A stretch of DNA of 62,751 nucleotides, filler included, from Choristocarpus tenellus KU-1152 (GCA_964200185.2; 6 parts of 6 records of this genome joined end to end with filler, not necessarily neighbours in it), one strand, 5' to 3'. Shown: positions 1-13,242, counted from the whole stretch's first letter. Notes: generated by a model from the sequence alone, not told the origin. Program-made: numbers and translations.

Positions 1-300
1 GACTCTTGACTGGGAACTTCACTCGGTACCACGGTATAACGGTATATGGCATACGGCAATAACGGTATACGACATAATTGATTTTGCCATTTCGTCTTTT
101 TATTTCCAATTATTATTTCCTCTTGATCCGTATCTATCAGATCATATTTGGGATAGATAAATTTATTGATGTGATATCTATGGACTCTAATGTCTTCACT
201 TTCGCCCTTGTGGCCTTGTGTTGTGGCATTGTGCTTGTCTGCTTAGCTCATTATTAATGCAATACAAGGGATCTAACCTGACTTTGTGTGAAGGAACATA

Positions 301-790
301 ATGACTGACCCACTGAAGGTGAGAGATACAAGCTGGTGCAAGCAATGTGTCGTTTATTGCAATGTCCAATGAAGAAAGGTTTCACACAAAACATTTTATC
401 TCCTTTCCTCGGAAACAGTCGACACCTGTGAAGGACATTCCTGCCATTGTTTCCGCTGCAAGACATACCTTCAATCAAGGCGTCACAAGGTGACTGTGGC
501 TTGGTCATTGCTGGAAAATATGTGTTATTCTGTTGAGCGGTACTAATCGAGCATTGACAAGTTGAACTGCATGTGCAGGAGAGGGGATAGATGCAGTTCA
601 GATTGAAGTATTGAGACTCTACCCACCATTACACCCAACCACTCATCATCTACCCCCTTTCTCGCGCCCACGGAACCATGTTCTGATGCAGGCCGATCGA
701 ATGGCGCCGATCACAGCTGAAGGCGTTAGTGAAGATGATTCAGGACAACGAGGATGCCATTGTTGATGCCCTACACCACGACCTCCGAAG
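301..790 (+). CDS. ALDH3: ALDH3-family (fatty) aldehyde dehydrogenase, 5' three exons only (301-318, 419-489, 692-790)
   Basis: Phase-consistent GT-AG splicing gives MTDPLK-STPVKDIPAIVSAARHTFNQGVTR-PIEWRRSQLKALVKMIQDNEDAIVDALHHDLR. This matches the ALDH3 N-terminus pattern (R..F..G.TR..EWR..QL..L..M...NE..I..AL..DL.R). Exon 1 is less certain, and no catalytic-domain exons were found. Confidence 0.8.
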
Positions 791-859
791 GTGTGAGAGT
801 GCCTGAAACAAAAGGCAAAATAATAACGCGAAAGGGTCCTTGATGAATGATAGAATGCC

Positions 860-2500
860 GAGCATGAAGTGGATGGGTGCAGACCATTGCAGATTGCCAT
901 GTCAAGGCAGATATCGAGGAACACCAGTACTCAATGCCCTCTACGTTTGAATTGAGTCTGTGCAGCAATAGAAGCCCCATCAACGAAATCGACATGGACT
1001 CTGGGTTCCTGTGAACTGGAAGCACGAGAGATAATTTATAGATACCACTGCCTGATTATGGAAGCATGTCCATAGCTTTTGCGGTTAGCTTTTTGTAGAC
1101 GTGGCAAACAAATACCGGAACCTGGTGGTCATTGTTGACAACCATGTGGTTGGACACCCTGGGCAGCATTTCACTTCCATAAAACAATATACTCTATTAT
1201 GTAATGGACTGGAGTGTTTTGATAACTAATATACGTTGTCTATACTAAGTTCTCAACTGTTACGGGCATACATAGCGTTTGAGTGTGAAGTTCTCACTAT
1301 CTGTTCCTTGCCTTGAACACACCCAACAACGTGCTTTTCCTACCCAGTCTGTAAAGTCTGTGTAGACACAATTGATGCATGGGTCTAGTTCTACTGAAAT
1401 TTTGACATCTGTGCGGTTAGTTGTGAAAGGGGCTGCTATTTTGTTGTGTTGCTCCGACGCTTTGCTTCCTGCACTGTTGCCTCATACTTTTGACGGATGC
1501 GCATTGTCAGTACTGCCCTGTTCTACACCTTGATAAACTTGACTCTGTTCTCAAAGTATCATGGATTGTCCAATCACATCTACTATAGTGCTGTAGTTCT
1601 TCTTATTAGAAGTCCTCTTCTACTATTACATAGGGACTAGACCGACCTGTGCTACGAGGCACTTGGTTCTGATATTACTTACATACATCTAACTACATTT
1701 CTAATGTTGTGCATGTCTTGCTTCTTGCCCAGAAATCTCTTGCAATGCTCACCTCAGTTTTAGTCGGCAATGTAACCCTGTCGCCCTGTTTCAGTTTACC
1801 TTCGTTTTTTTGTATGGTGTCCTATCGCTGGGGAGGAACGTACAGCTGTACAATCCGTAATTCTTTTATCATCTGGGCGTTGGACCATCAAGAGCAATTT
1901 CATTAAGAAGAAAAAAGTAACGAGTTACTTGGCACCTGCACATACTTCTAAAGGAATGCTGACCTTGCAGTGCCTACTGAGCCAGGGTTGTGATTTTTCG
2001 AGCCTGTCCTGCTTAGTCCTTGGGAGCACGCTGGAATAGGTGAAAGCAAACCGTGTAAGTAATTTGCCAAGCTGATGAACTGGCAAGACTCGATATTATC
2101 CAATTGGTCAATCGGTGGATCAGGAGTTGGGCTATCGGGATATTGCCTGTAAGTGGTGATCTTCGTGCATCTATTGGAATACTACTTGTACATGGGGGAT
2201 GACTGCATGTCCAGGAAGAATGTATGCGTTGTACTGTTGTGTTCAACTGGAGAATTCAATGTCACATAGTGACTTGGAAAATTTAGACAGGGGGGGTACG
2301 TAGTGGTACCTTGAAATGCACAACAGATCGAGAACAGCATCTGAACAAGAGTATCTTCTCCCGACACTTGGGAGGCCTGTCATTGGCTGTACCAGTTGTT
2401 TTTGGGCCCTCTGCTGTTGAGGTTTGCTCTGAGAATTTTCGGCCTTGTGAGCCATGTGGGCACATGGGTGGCAATACCTTGATTTAGAAAGTACCACTGC
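860..2500 (-). mobile_element. Degenerate Ty1/Copia LTR-retrotransposon internal fragment (gag-protease-integrase), downstream of ALDH3 exon 3
   Basis: Motifs on the minus strand occur in Copia order. Zinc knuckle CHPCAHMAHKAENS (C-x2-C-x4-H-x4-C, last C to S) at ~2430-2475; protease-like WIISSLASS (cf. WIIDSGASSH) at ~2080-2105; integrase-like MEVK..G....VVNN.TRFRYLFATSTKS (cf. VVDD.TRF.W.YFL..KS) at ~1088-1180; GIE...NG near 880-940. Frameshifted, with stops. Boundaries approximate. Confidence 0.65.
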
Positions 2501-3598
2501 CTTTCATGGAGTACACAACAATAACCAGTACCTTTTCTGTACCACGGAGTTGCTGATTTGTGTGCGGAGTTATTGTTATGTACTATCGTGATATATATTT
2601 GTTGTGTCTTCTTGTGTCCCTTTCATAGTACTATAGTAACTATAGTAACTATGTGACAGTATAGCCCATCAAGATTCTGCAACCATGGTGACCTCATGCA
2701 CGCCATACCCATACCATCACCACACGAGGTCAGTGATCGCCATACCCCCAGTCTGACCTACTTTCGCTGCCGTACTGATATGTTGAAGCAACTTTTTTAT
2801 TGGTGGGTTTTTGTGGTACCGGTGGTACTATAGACCATGTTGTGGTCCCATGTGTGGGTACCTTCCGCCAGTTTTTTGTGGTCACAGCAGAGGTGGAGTT
2901 GGAGTTGAGGTTGTGGTGGGTGCAGCTTGCGGAGTGGAATATGTGTGGGTGTTTGTGCACTTGCACCAATTGTTTGATGACAAATTTTCGTGTTCCTGTT
3001 GACAGCTCCGATGAGGGTTAATGTCACCTTAATTGTATGATTAATTGTACTACTCAAAAGGGGTCCAGGCACAGAGTGCCCTGACTTGGACTTTGCAGAA
3101 GAAGATAACAGTTTTTTACGTTTAGAAACATACGTATTTGTACCTTTTTTTTTTAACACTACCTGATTTTTCTTGTATTAAAACAAAAAAACAAAAAAAC
3201 AAACACGGTTTCTCATTTTTAGTTGTGTTGTTTGTAGTGTACTTGCCTGTGGTGGTACCAACAATGAAGTGGATACACGTGGATATGTGTATGTGTGTAT
3301 GTATGTGTGTGTGTGTGTGTGTGTTGGAATGTGCATGTGGTACCAGATCTATTTTAGAGCTAGAGAATAAAGCTAATGATTGGAAAAGTACAGTAAAAAT
3401 TAAAATAATCAGTAGAACACATTTGCAAGATGGATGCAACACCGGTGACTCTTGGTCAGGAATTTTCTGGATTCGCCCATGAGACGAAATATGGATTACT
3501 ATGTGTTGCTGGGTATGTATGGTGAAGTACTTGTAATAATGGTCCAAATGTGTGTTTTCAAATGTGCAAGGCGTTTTAGAGGCAACTACACAAGTATG

Positions 3599-3765
3599 TT
3601 TTCGAGTGGGATCAAGAGTATTTTTTAAATGTTGTTCTCAAAGACTCTTTTCAAGTGGGATCAAGAGTATTTTTTAAATGTTGTTCTCAAAGACTCTTTT
3701 CAAGTGGGATCAAGAGTATTTTTTAAATGTTGTTCTCAAAGACCCTTTTCAAGTGGGATCAAGAG
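3599..3765. repeat. Tandem repeat, 49-bp unit, ~3.4 near-identical copies
   Basis: Unit ttttcaagtgggatcaagagtattttttaaatgttgttctcaaagactc; the anchor gtggg recurs at 3606, 3655, 3704 and 3753. Confidence 0.95.
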
Positions 3766-5802
3766 GCGTGCAAGTGAGTTAACCCGTAGAACTGACCTCT
3801 CTTACTGTGTGAACACACTGTGTTATATCTGAATCCAGCTTGAGAGCAATATGAGTAGTACTGTTTAACGTTAGCTTGAGAGCAATGTTGACAAAGTGTC
3901 TTGAACCTCCTCTTCATTCTTAGACGGCTTAATTGTGCACCTGGTTGTATTGCCTGTGATTATCGAGGCCAAAGTCATTGCATAAAGTTACAAAATCATG
4001 CATGAATGTTTCTTTTATTTAGAATCTGGCACCCCAGTTGGTAGTACCTAATAATGAGCTTTGTTAAGAGCAACTCTATCCAAGCACCGTTTGAAGTAGG
4101 ACAGCACCGAGAACTGCCGCGATGGTTCGTGGTCTGAATGATAGATTCATTGTTGGTGTTTTGAGCAAAAAAAAGAAAGTCCTCCCCCAGTCGGAGGTTT
4201 TGCTGCCCACTATCTCATAATATCTTACATGCTTTTTGAACTAACCCCCCCCCCCCCCGAAAGACCACAATACTTTTTTTTTTTGGCTATTTTGATATCG
4301 ATCAGCGGCTTGCGACGTTAAAGAAAAGTATGATAATTGTGTGATCACAGAAAGGGTACAACAAAGGTACAACAAAAGGTATAGACATCTTTCTGACTAA
4401 AAAGAGAACGAAGTCGAAAAGCGTGTTGTATATTACTATCGTGTACCACACCGGAAGAGTTTTGCAATCTCGTCGAAGGCGTTTTTGGTAAGAAACTTTC
4501 AAATGTTCTTTTTACTTCCATGTCTCTTTTATTGTTATTATTACTATTATTGTTGTTGTGGTTGTTGTGGTTGTTGTGGTTGTATTTGTCAAGGCAATCT
4601 CTTGGTGTGGCGATGGTTGAAAATCTGGTCCAATGCGGTGGGATGGTTCTTGGAGTCTCTTCCCAAAGGAATTGAAAATATGTACATCCCAGTCCCCTTC
4701 AAAAGGTTTGAAGGGTGAACCATGGTACAGATAATGGGCAGGTCAGCTCTCCTTACCCCCCCCCCTGATCCTCCCCATTGGTGCCCTTCCTGTGATGTGC
4801 ATTGCTCTCAGGCACCGTAATGAGACTGTGGTTGTGGAGGCTTTGGATGTGGTAGGACAGGCTAAGTACCTTCTGAAAAACCTCTCCTCGTTGATGAAGT
4901 CAGAGACGTTCCCCACGCCGTTGGTGCAGTTGCCCCTTAAGTTCAAGGTGAGCAGGAGTTGGAACATGTGTGTGTAACACGTGTGTGTAGAGGAAGACAA
5001 GAGGTAGGCTTGGAATGGGGTGTGTGGAGGCGGCGGTGTGGGTGTCGTGTGTGGGAAGTGAGGGGGGAGAATAGGATATATGTACCCTTTCTGTGTTGTG
5101 TGATTCTGGGGACGAGATTAGGGTATATTTTTTTGTTTTCTTGTAATACTATTTTTTTAATGTTATTATTAAAAAAATAACTCGATGAGATTTACAAAAT
5201 ATTTTTTGATGTAGCTGCAATTTTTAATGAGTCAGAGATGTGCGTTTCTGTTTCTTTTTTTATGGTTCTAGGCAGCCACTTTAGAACACAGGGAAAACAG
5301 CAGAGCTTGTAACCAGGCTGCCGCTGGACCATCAACCGAACAACTGCAAGAATAACTGACAGCTCGGGGTGCAGATTGTACAAGTAGGGTACTGTGTAGG
5401 GACTGAGACGTTGATGTAGGCAATGGACCATGGACCAGGCCGTACAACTGGTCATTGCCTGGGGGGTGGACCCTACAAGTAGGGGACTGTGTAGGGAACG
5501 AACTGCAGTATATGTAAGTGTTAGGGTTAGGATTAGGACCATGGACTGGACGAACGAAATAGGTGTCTACTGTAGAAATAGGTATGTGTTGAACAATGGA
5601 CTGGACTGTAGAAATAGGTGATGGCCTGCAGACTGGACGTGTAAGTGGTAGACAGTCTGGGGAAACGGGCCGTTTAGAAGTGTATCAGGCAGGGGCTTTG
5701 CACAAAGACCGTACACGCCTTCCAGATAGCGGGATGATGTGAGGACCGGATCTGTCGGAGGGCGACCTCAGCAGTGCCCAGAACTTGACTTTCATCAAGT
5801 AC

Positions 5803-5836
<34 letters not shown>

Positions 5837-6993
5837 TTAGAATTAGAATTAGAATTAGGTGGGGTTTGAACAAGGTAGGTAATAGATGCCGTGGTGAGGT
5901 TTTTGGACATTGTACCGCCGTCTACCGGTCCTGTCCCCATCTATCATGGGTGTTTCTTTTAGTCTTTTTCTTTTTCTTCAGTATTGATAAAAAGTACTTC
6001 CTGCGTTTGATTTTTTAATTCTTTTTTTTAGCAAAGTAGTTGTGCTGGTGAGAAGGGAGGTGGTGATTGATAGTGACATTATGTATATATTTTCGTTTTT
6101 GTTCTGTTTTGGTCCTAGTTCATTATTTGCGAGGCGTTTTTTATCGTATGGTACGCTCCATCTTCAAGCACCTTCAAGTATTTAGTTCCCCCCCCCCGCA
6201 CCTTGTGGCTCTACATGGAGGGTGGGTGTTGATACTGAGGGAGGGGATTCATGTCTGTTTATGTCACCAGCTGAGTGGTGTGGGTATGCATTATGCAATG
6301 GGGAGTGCGAAGTGGTTGTCGTAGGAGTCAGTTCTGTATGTCAGTTTCATGAACGACTTTATGAACTTGATGTAGGAGATTTTATTCTGTATAATAACAT
6401 TTTCAGGCTGTTTCTTCCTATTGACTTTGTGTTAAATTCCCATCAGTTTTTCTTCCCCTCTCCCCCCCCCACGCTTAGTCTCAATTGTTGTGAATCAGAA
6501 ATGAAGAGTAATCAAATTTTTTAAGTCGGTTCAAAACATCTTTGAGGCTAAGTATCAAGCATCAAGCATCAAGCATCAAGTCACATCATTAACCAGAAGA
6601 AGTGGATAAACGCACCTCAAGACCATCTCGGCTTAGTGTTTTATTTATTTTTTCTTTCTTGTAATTTTATCGCACAACATCGCCTCCCAATATGGTAAGG
6701 AGAGAGGTTACTGCCTTAGAGTTTCCTACATTTTATCAGGCGTAGGGATCGAGAGGGAAGGAGGATAAATCCCTAGTCCCTGGGTCAGCTGACCCAACGG
6801 TAGTATGGGTCTTGTTTTCCGTGTATCCTTTTGACTCTTCCTTTCCTCCCAGTACTTAAGGAGGTACCATCATCTGTTTTCAAAACTAATTGATTGGAAG
6901 CGTTAATCTTTTTTTTTCAGAATACACCACACCTATACCTGTCATGCAACCCCCCCCCCCCTTCACCACCCACCCCCCCCCCCCCCCCCCCCC

Positions 6994-7093
6994 NNNNNNN
7001 NNNNNNNNNNNNNNNNNNNNNNNNNNNNNNNNNNNNNTTAATTAATTAANNNNNNNNNNNNNNNNNNNNNNNNNNNNNNNNNNNNNNNNNNNN
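6994..7093. other. Artificial contig linker / assembly gap
   Basis: 44 N + TTAATTAATTAA (stops in all six frames) + 44 N. Confidence 0.97.
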
Positions 7094-7342
7094 GATACTG
7101 ATGGTGATACCGATGGTGATACCAATACTGGTACTGATACTGCAGGGTTACCGCACAGAAGAATTGAAGTTAATTAATGGTATCTTACGTGTGTGTAGTA
7201 GTAGTATGCTCGGTGAAGCCCCTGACAGTTCAGGGGAACTGAAGGGATACTGATACTGATCACAATCATAATCATCACGATACCGATGGTGATACAGATG
7301 GTGATACCGATGGTGATACCGATACTGGTACTGATACTGCAT
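7094..7342. repeat. Low-complexity (GATACY/GATGGT)n minisatellite, two blocks
   Basis: A gatggtgataccgatggtgatacc...tactggtactgatactgca block occurs at ~7100-7144 and again at ~7296-7341. Confidence 0.8.
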
Positions 7343-8020
7343 GGGTACAATTATGGCGGGAATTGCTGCAAGGATGATACCTCGGCACAATCAAAGAACA
7401 TCAGCATTACTACTTACCGTGGTTGGAGCTACCATTCCTACCTCCACCACTAGTACTGCTACAACGATAGGAAATAGTTGTATAGTGATAAGAAGTAATA
7501 TAATCTCTACTCACTGTTAATGACAACTACTATCACCACCACTCACTAAAAGTGAATGGTGAGAATCACTATCCATTCCAGCGCATACAAGAATGACAAA
7601 TGTGTTTGGCATTCAAACAGTGTTGTACGCAGCAACCATATTGAGAAAAGAGAACACAACCATGGAAAAAGAAAGGTGCGGAAGCATAGTGAAGGAATGA
7701 GGAATAGACAGCACCCGTATCAAAGAAGAAACAGATATAATGACGTATTTTCCAACGATTATAGTGAGCCCAGAGTGTATGAGACGTACCCGTTTTGCAT
7801 TTCAAGGAATTATTTTCATCTTTTATAATTCATCCTTATTTCTATAGATAAAGAGCTACAGTTGAATTGATAGTGTTGATTTTCTTTAGTTTGAATAATT
7901 TCGACAAATTCAGGAAATTCCACACATGCATTCGTACACTCAAATCGTATCATAAGAATGAAACCATGGGTATCACTCGCTTATTACAACTCAATCTGAA
8001 TATAGATTGTAGAGTATTTT

Positions 8021-8277
8021 GAGTCAATGTATCTTAGAGGGTAGAGCCGCGTCCGTTTGGAGACAAAAATCCAATGTTGCGACTTTGATGTGATTTTTTC
8101 TATCGTGTTTGTTGGGAAGTTTCAATGTCCTTGTTCTGGACACACCTTTTCATAACTTACACATTTTACCTACTCCGAAACATCGGAATAGGTGAAATGT
8201 CATAATAAAAACGTGGGCAGCTAAGCCCCAAACGGACAAACAGGGTGAAGCTCGTACCCTCTAAGATACTCTTACTC
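8021..8277 (+). mobile_element. MITE family A copy
   Basis: Terminal inverted repeats (TIRs) gagtcaatgtatcttagagggta ... taccctctaagatactcttactc; flanks ttt/tct; internal hairpin. Confidence 0.9.
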
Positions 8278-9550
8278 TCTATCCACCGGTGCAAGAGAAG
8301 TAAATACATAAGATGATGGACACTCATGCCTAACAATGCAAGTACTGGTAGTAACCCGCCGATGAAGATTACCTCCAAGCCACATGTTGGAGAAACAAAG
8401 ATTAGCCAGACAATAATATCCTCACCCTAACCCTAAACCTAACCCTAGCCTTACTTGCAGAGTGATGAAGGACATGCGTAGTCCTTGCATCTGTGGAGGG
8501 TTTCATATGAGGTGAAAGATGGAGGCCGTGAGCATGTAGATCCTGGCAAGCCGTATTTACCAGTACTCATTGCCATATCTAAGTTGTAGTTACCCATCAA
8601 GGTTATCAAGACTGAATCAAGAACCGCACCGTCCTGGTTCAACAAGTTGGAAAAAGAGGGGGGTATACTGTGCTCTGGAGTTAGTGCCAGCCCGCATAGC
8701 AGACCGACCTTTACCAGGCTTTCCACACGATCCTCCACAAAGAGGGATAGACAGAGAGGCCACAAACAGCAACGGTTGAGGGAACAATATTTGGCACTAT
8801 TTACAATAACAGTGTTTGAAAAAGATCGTTCATAAGAGACTTTGGTGCCACTAAAGTACCCATTTTTTCCCTTGCATCGAAGGGTTATTCAAAGCAATAT
8901 AGATGTCTACAAAAACCTCTTTATTGCACAAACTATTTATGTGCAACTCTTTGTAGAGGCACGCACTAGTCACATATGAATAATGTTTCCTCAATTGTAG
9001 GTGGTATGAAGCACATCCAATACTGCAAGTCTAATTTTATGAATGTGCATCAAATTGCGAACCGACCTGGAAAAGAGAATTTGTTCAAACATAATGAAAA
9101 TTAATCCACATGCTTCTCCGTGAATTTCTCATATGTCGCCTTAGCGGTAAGCGCCTCAACCCTCCTGTGCACAGAAGGTCTGCCTCTGTGCAAAATAGGA
9201 CAATCATAAGGGGTACCCTAAATTGTTTATGTGATATTATGGCATTGGATTGAGTGCATATAATGTAACTAATGAGAAAGTATATCCGGATCATGTATGG
9301 GTTTGATATTGCAGCTAAACTACTCTGATATACCATTGACTTATGCATGTGGCACAAATAATAATAAAACAAGCAATAAGAAGACACCCCAAAAGGTCAC
9401 TTTTCTAATTTCATCCACTAATTCATTTTTCACGTTCAGCAAAGGGGAATTGTGTGAGGCTCCCCATCTCAATGCCGTCACTACTGATCAAATAGCCATA
9501 CTTTCCAAGGTTAATTGCACAGCCTCCACAGCCAAGCTGCTTGCACCATT

Positions 9551-9808
9551 GAGCCAAAGTATCTTAGAGGGTAGAGCCGCGTCCATTTGGAGGCCAAAAT
9601 CCATTGTTGCGATTTTGATGTAATTATAGTTGTCATGTTTGTTAGGAGATGTCAATATCCTTGTTCCGGACACACCTTTTCATAACGTATACATTTTACC
9701 TACTCCGAAACATTTTGGAGTAGCTAAAATGTCAGAAAAAAACTGTGGAAAGTCAAAACCCAAATGGACAAACAGGGAAAATTCGTACCCTCTAAGATAC
9801 GTTCACTC
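9551..9808 (+). mobile_element. MITE family A copy, 4-bp TSD CATT
   Basis: catt|gagccaaagtatcttagagggta ... taccctctaagatacgttcactc|catt. Confidence 0.92.
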
Positions 9809-10219
9809 CATTGATCAACATGACCGTATCACTAATGGGGGTAAACCTATTGAGAAGAGCCCACTAAGTAGTACGTATTTGAAGGTGAAGAGTGAGTCCA
9901 TGGGACTTACATCACAGGGCAAGGATAGGAGACATGTTTGAAATGAACAACTGGACAAAATAAGAACGTGCTTCGAAGTACAGGCCATGTGAGAAAGAGT
10001 ACAAATAAAACAAAAAGGAAAAATACAGGACTTGTCTCACCTATTGATGAGAAACTAGTAGCCTTCTGATGTATATCCCATATCCCCTTTTCCACCTAAG
10101 CCCATCATCATCTGATACATTATTTTTTTTTTACCCAACCTATCAGGTGATTCTGGAGTGATGTCCATATTGCAGTAAACACCGGTCTGCTCTACAATAC
10201 AATATCATTTATCGTTCAG

Positions 10220-10545
10220 GGGGTCAGCTCTGCAGTGGGCGAGTATGACAAGGCGCTGGTTGTGTACAAGAAAGTTCTCTCCGTGGAGAGATGCCCGTCC
10301 AATGAGTTTGCTTCTGTATTGCAGGCAGAGAGGTGTGTTCTCCACAACCATGTTCGTTTTCCTTGGCTTGAGAAGGTCTGAATAATAGTGGAACAGACGT
10401 GGTAGTAGCAGGATGACAGGTGTACGTCAATAATGTGCACATCAATCACCACTAAAAAATAAGGAAAATTGTAAGATTGGTGACCAAACGCTTGTTGCTT
10501 GATAGGCAGACCCAGTCTTCACAGGAGAGACCACATACAATACGG

Positions 10546-10577
<32 letters not shown>

Positions 10578-11822
10578 CGAAAAGGAAAGAAACGACTTTG
10601 GGGCACAAGAAACAATGCAAAAGTTCCTATTAAAAATATTGCATAACCTGAGACGTGCTCGGCGCTGAACAGCCACTCTGTTGTTGCGAGAAGCAGAGCA
10701 AACGTTCCCTGCTTGAGGAGCACGTCACAGATATTTAAACGGAGTCGTTTAGGCGTTCAACTGTATCTGACTCGCGATTCATGGTCACCTCAGGCAAAAT
10801 CATGAAGATGAGGATGGGCGAAATGCGCAAGTTAGAGTGCCTCCAATTGCATTTCTGGCATTCAACTTAGATGCAGGACCCTTGGCAGTGTTTGTGGCAG
10901 CGTTTGGTGGATTCTACTTGCTCATGCACGTATCACACCATCCATCGAGTCTCATATATTTTCCTCCCTCTGCCTGGGCAAAAGTATGCACTGGGGCATG
11001 TTTCATATCGCAATGAGGGCACTTGCACCTGATAGAGAGACAGACGTCACAAGTGGGGGTGCAGCTTTTACCCATACAGATCAAAAACATCTGCATAACG
11101 TGGAACGGTTCAAACAAAAATCCTGTTTTGCTTGCACCTAATAGAAAGACGCACATCAAAAGTGGGGGGGCAGCTTTTCACTACATAGATAGAAAAAAGT
11201 CCTACATCACGTGGAACAGTTCAAATAAAGTCCTCCATGTCAGGCGTAACACGAAACAGTACATTAGTTGCTTGTACAGGATTAGGGAACCTACATTCCT
11301 TGAAAGACAAGAGAGTATTGATGCGGAGAAGAGAAACGAATTGCCCCGAGCATTTTAATATGGAAAAAATATTTGGACCTATCCCTTGTGCTTTCAACGA
11401 TATCGCCTACCTGTTATGTGAGGTTGGCTGGCGATGTAGGCACAGAGTCAAAGTATCTTAGAGGGTAGAGCCGCGTCCATTTGGGGCCCAAAACCCAATG
11501 TTGCGGTTTGATGTAATTTTGGCTATCGTGTTTACTAAGAAGTGTCAATAGCAATGTTCCAGACACACCTTTTCGTAACGTACACATTTTACCCACTACT
11601 AAACATTTTGGAGTGGGTAAATGTCATTAAAAAAAATGGGAAGTCAAGTCCCAAATGGACAAACAGGGAAAACCTCGTACCCTCTAAGATACTTTCACTC
11701 ACATCTTTCCTTGTTGCTTTCTTGCTCTGGAGGAGTGGATACGTCTGGTGTCATAGGTGGGGTGGACACAAATGCCTCCTGGGTTCTCGTCAGTACTACG
11801 CAAAAGAGAACTCTTCCAATAG
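10220..11822 (+). CDS. Putative 3' exons (10220-10332, 10794-10929, 11757-11822) of an unknown protein with a TPR-like helix and a hydrophobic C-terminal segment
   Basis: Phase-compatible AG/GT junctions give GVSSAVGEYDKALVVYKKVLSVE...RQNHEDEDGRNAQVRVPPIAFLAFNLDAGPLAVFVAAFGGFYLLMH-VGWTQMPPGFSSVLRKRELFQ*. No family recognised. Confidence 0.4.
11445..11700 (+). mobile_element. MITE family A copy, 3-bp TSD ACA
   Basis: aca|gagtcaaagtatcttagagggta ... taccctctaagatactttcactc|aca; the 23-bp TIRs have one mismatch. Confidence 0.95.
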
Positions 11823-13242
11823 AGTCTTTGCTTTAAGTTGTATGGATTTATTTATTAGCGGAGTAAGCACAGCCCTTACAGCCCTTGGTGGTGGGGTGCT
11901 CTTACTTATATTATTATCTATTGCGCACGTCATCAGACACGTCAAAATGTGTCTGTGTCAGTCGCACTACGTCAGTATTGAACAAAATATGAAATCAATC
12001 CATCGAGACTCGAACCTGTGACCATAAGCATACCAAATCAATTCCTTGACCCTTACTCTAATCAGTCAATACTTCTGTTGTATTCAGATGTTCACTAAAC
12101 ATATACCTCTCTATATAGTTCCTAGCCTATATTGCACAAGTACCTCCAGGTGGTTAAAGATGGGTGGCATCTACCTCAACTTCGCCTCTGCATCCTTGAC
12201 GCCCTGCTCCGATTTTTCGAGAGGTGGTTTGCAACGGAGATCTTGTAGAGCATCTGGCATGCACAGAGATCTGCATATAACTCATTTTTGCAACAGAGAA
12301 AGGTGGAGAGGAGAGACGATCTGTGATAGCATTAGTCTTCGAAAAGGGAAACAAGGGCAATCACAGAACCAATCGATGTTTACACGGACCATGGTTTTAC
12401 TATGTTTACAACGCTGAGGTTATGAACTCTTTCTCCCGATTGCACTTATGACCTTGACGTGATTGCAGATATTCAGAGAGTATTGACAAGGAAATGGAAA
12501 TACAAGGGAATCGAGAAGTCAGTTGCGTCTACTGAATGAAAGATTGCCTCTATATATTTAAGGTGCAAGCAGGTTTTATTAAAATCAAGAACAAAAGCAA
12601 TAATAACGGTGGCAGAGGGTATAAAATTTCCCAAAATAAAATTTTAGAAATTAACATCTTCAGAGCATCTGATCCCCCCATGTCCTTAGATGTTGTGCAC
12701 CACTTGAGGGACATGCCCAAGTCTTCTGGCTATTGAGTCTATATTTGACTAATCATATTTCCCAACTTTTGCGTGATACTCATACTTGAACCTGAATAAA
12801 GTAGGGGTAGGGTGCGTTGGAAGGGGGGAGGGGAAGAGGTCGTAAGGGTACACAATGTAAACCCTAAGTCATTGACCCTGCAAGGTCATGGCGCTGAAAC
12901 ACTTCGACAGATAGACGAAAACAGTGGATCGTCTGATGATTCGATAAACACCAGTCACCTGTTGCGATGGAGTGAGATTATCTGAAATCAATCTGTTTGA
13001 GGGTGCAGCCATCAACTCAACATGCTTGCGGCCTTCATGCATGCAAGCTCTTGGAGCACGTTCACCACCTCCTCACCCATATGGACATTGATGTTGAGCT
13101 ACCAAGATAGGATTGATATTCGGTTTTCCACTGGCCTTGACATCATAAGAAAGTGAATAATATGTTACAGGGAACGAAGGGATTGATAAGACATTGGTGC
13201 AATTGAAGCATGGCACACAAGGGGATAATAGTAAAATGCGAA

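Noticed and set aside
3122-3547. Longer ORFs over (GT)n/(TA)n microsatellites and MITEs (e.g. 3122-3547, 11542-12021, 27773-28222, 31629-32246)
   Set aside because: Their composition reflects simple repeats or non-coding MITE sequence, with no protein motifs.
6781-6796. Perfect 16-bp palindrome tgggtcagctgaccca
   Set aside because: Single occurrence with no element ends or TSD identified.
11995-12030. B-box-like GGTTCGAGTC (minus strand), and GGTTCGAACC at ~32800
   Set aside because: No cloverleaf or convincing A box; at most SINE/tRNA debris.
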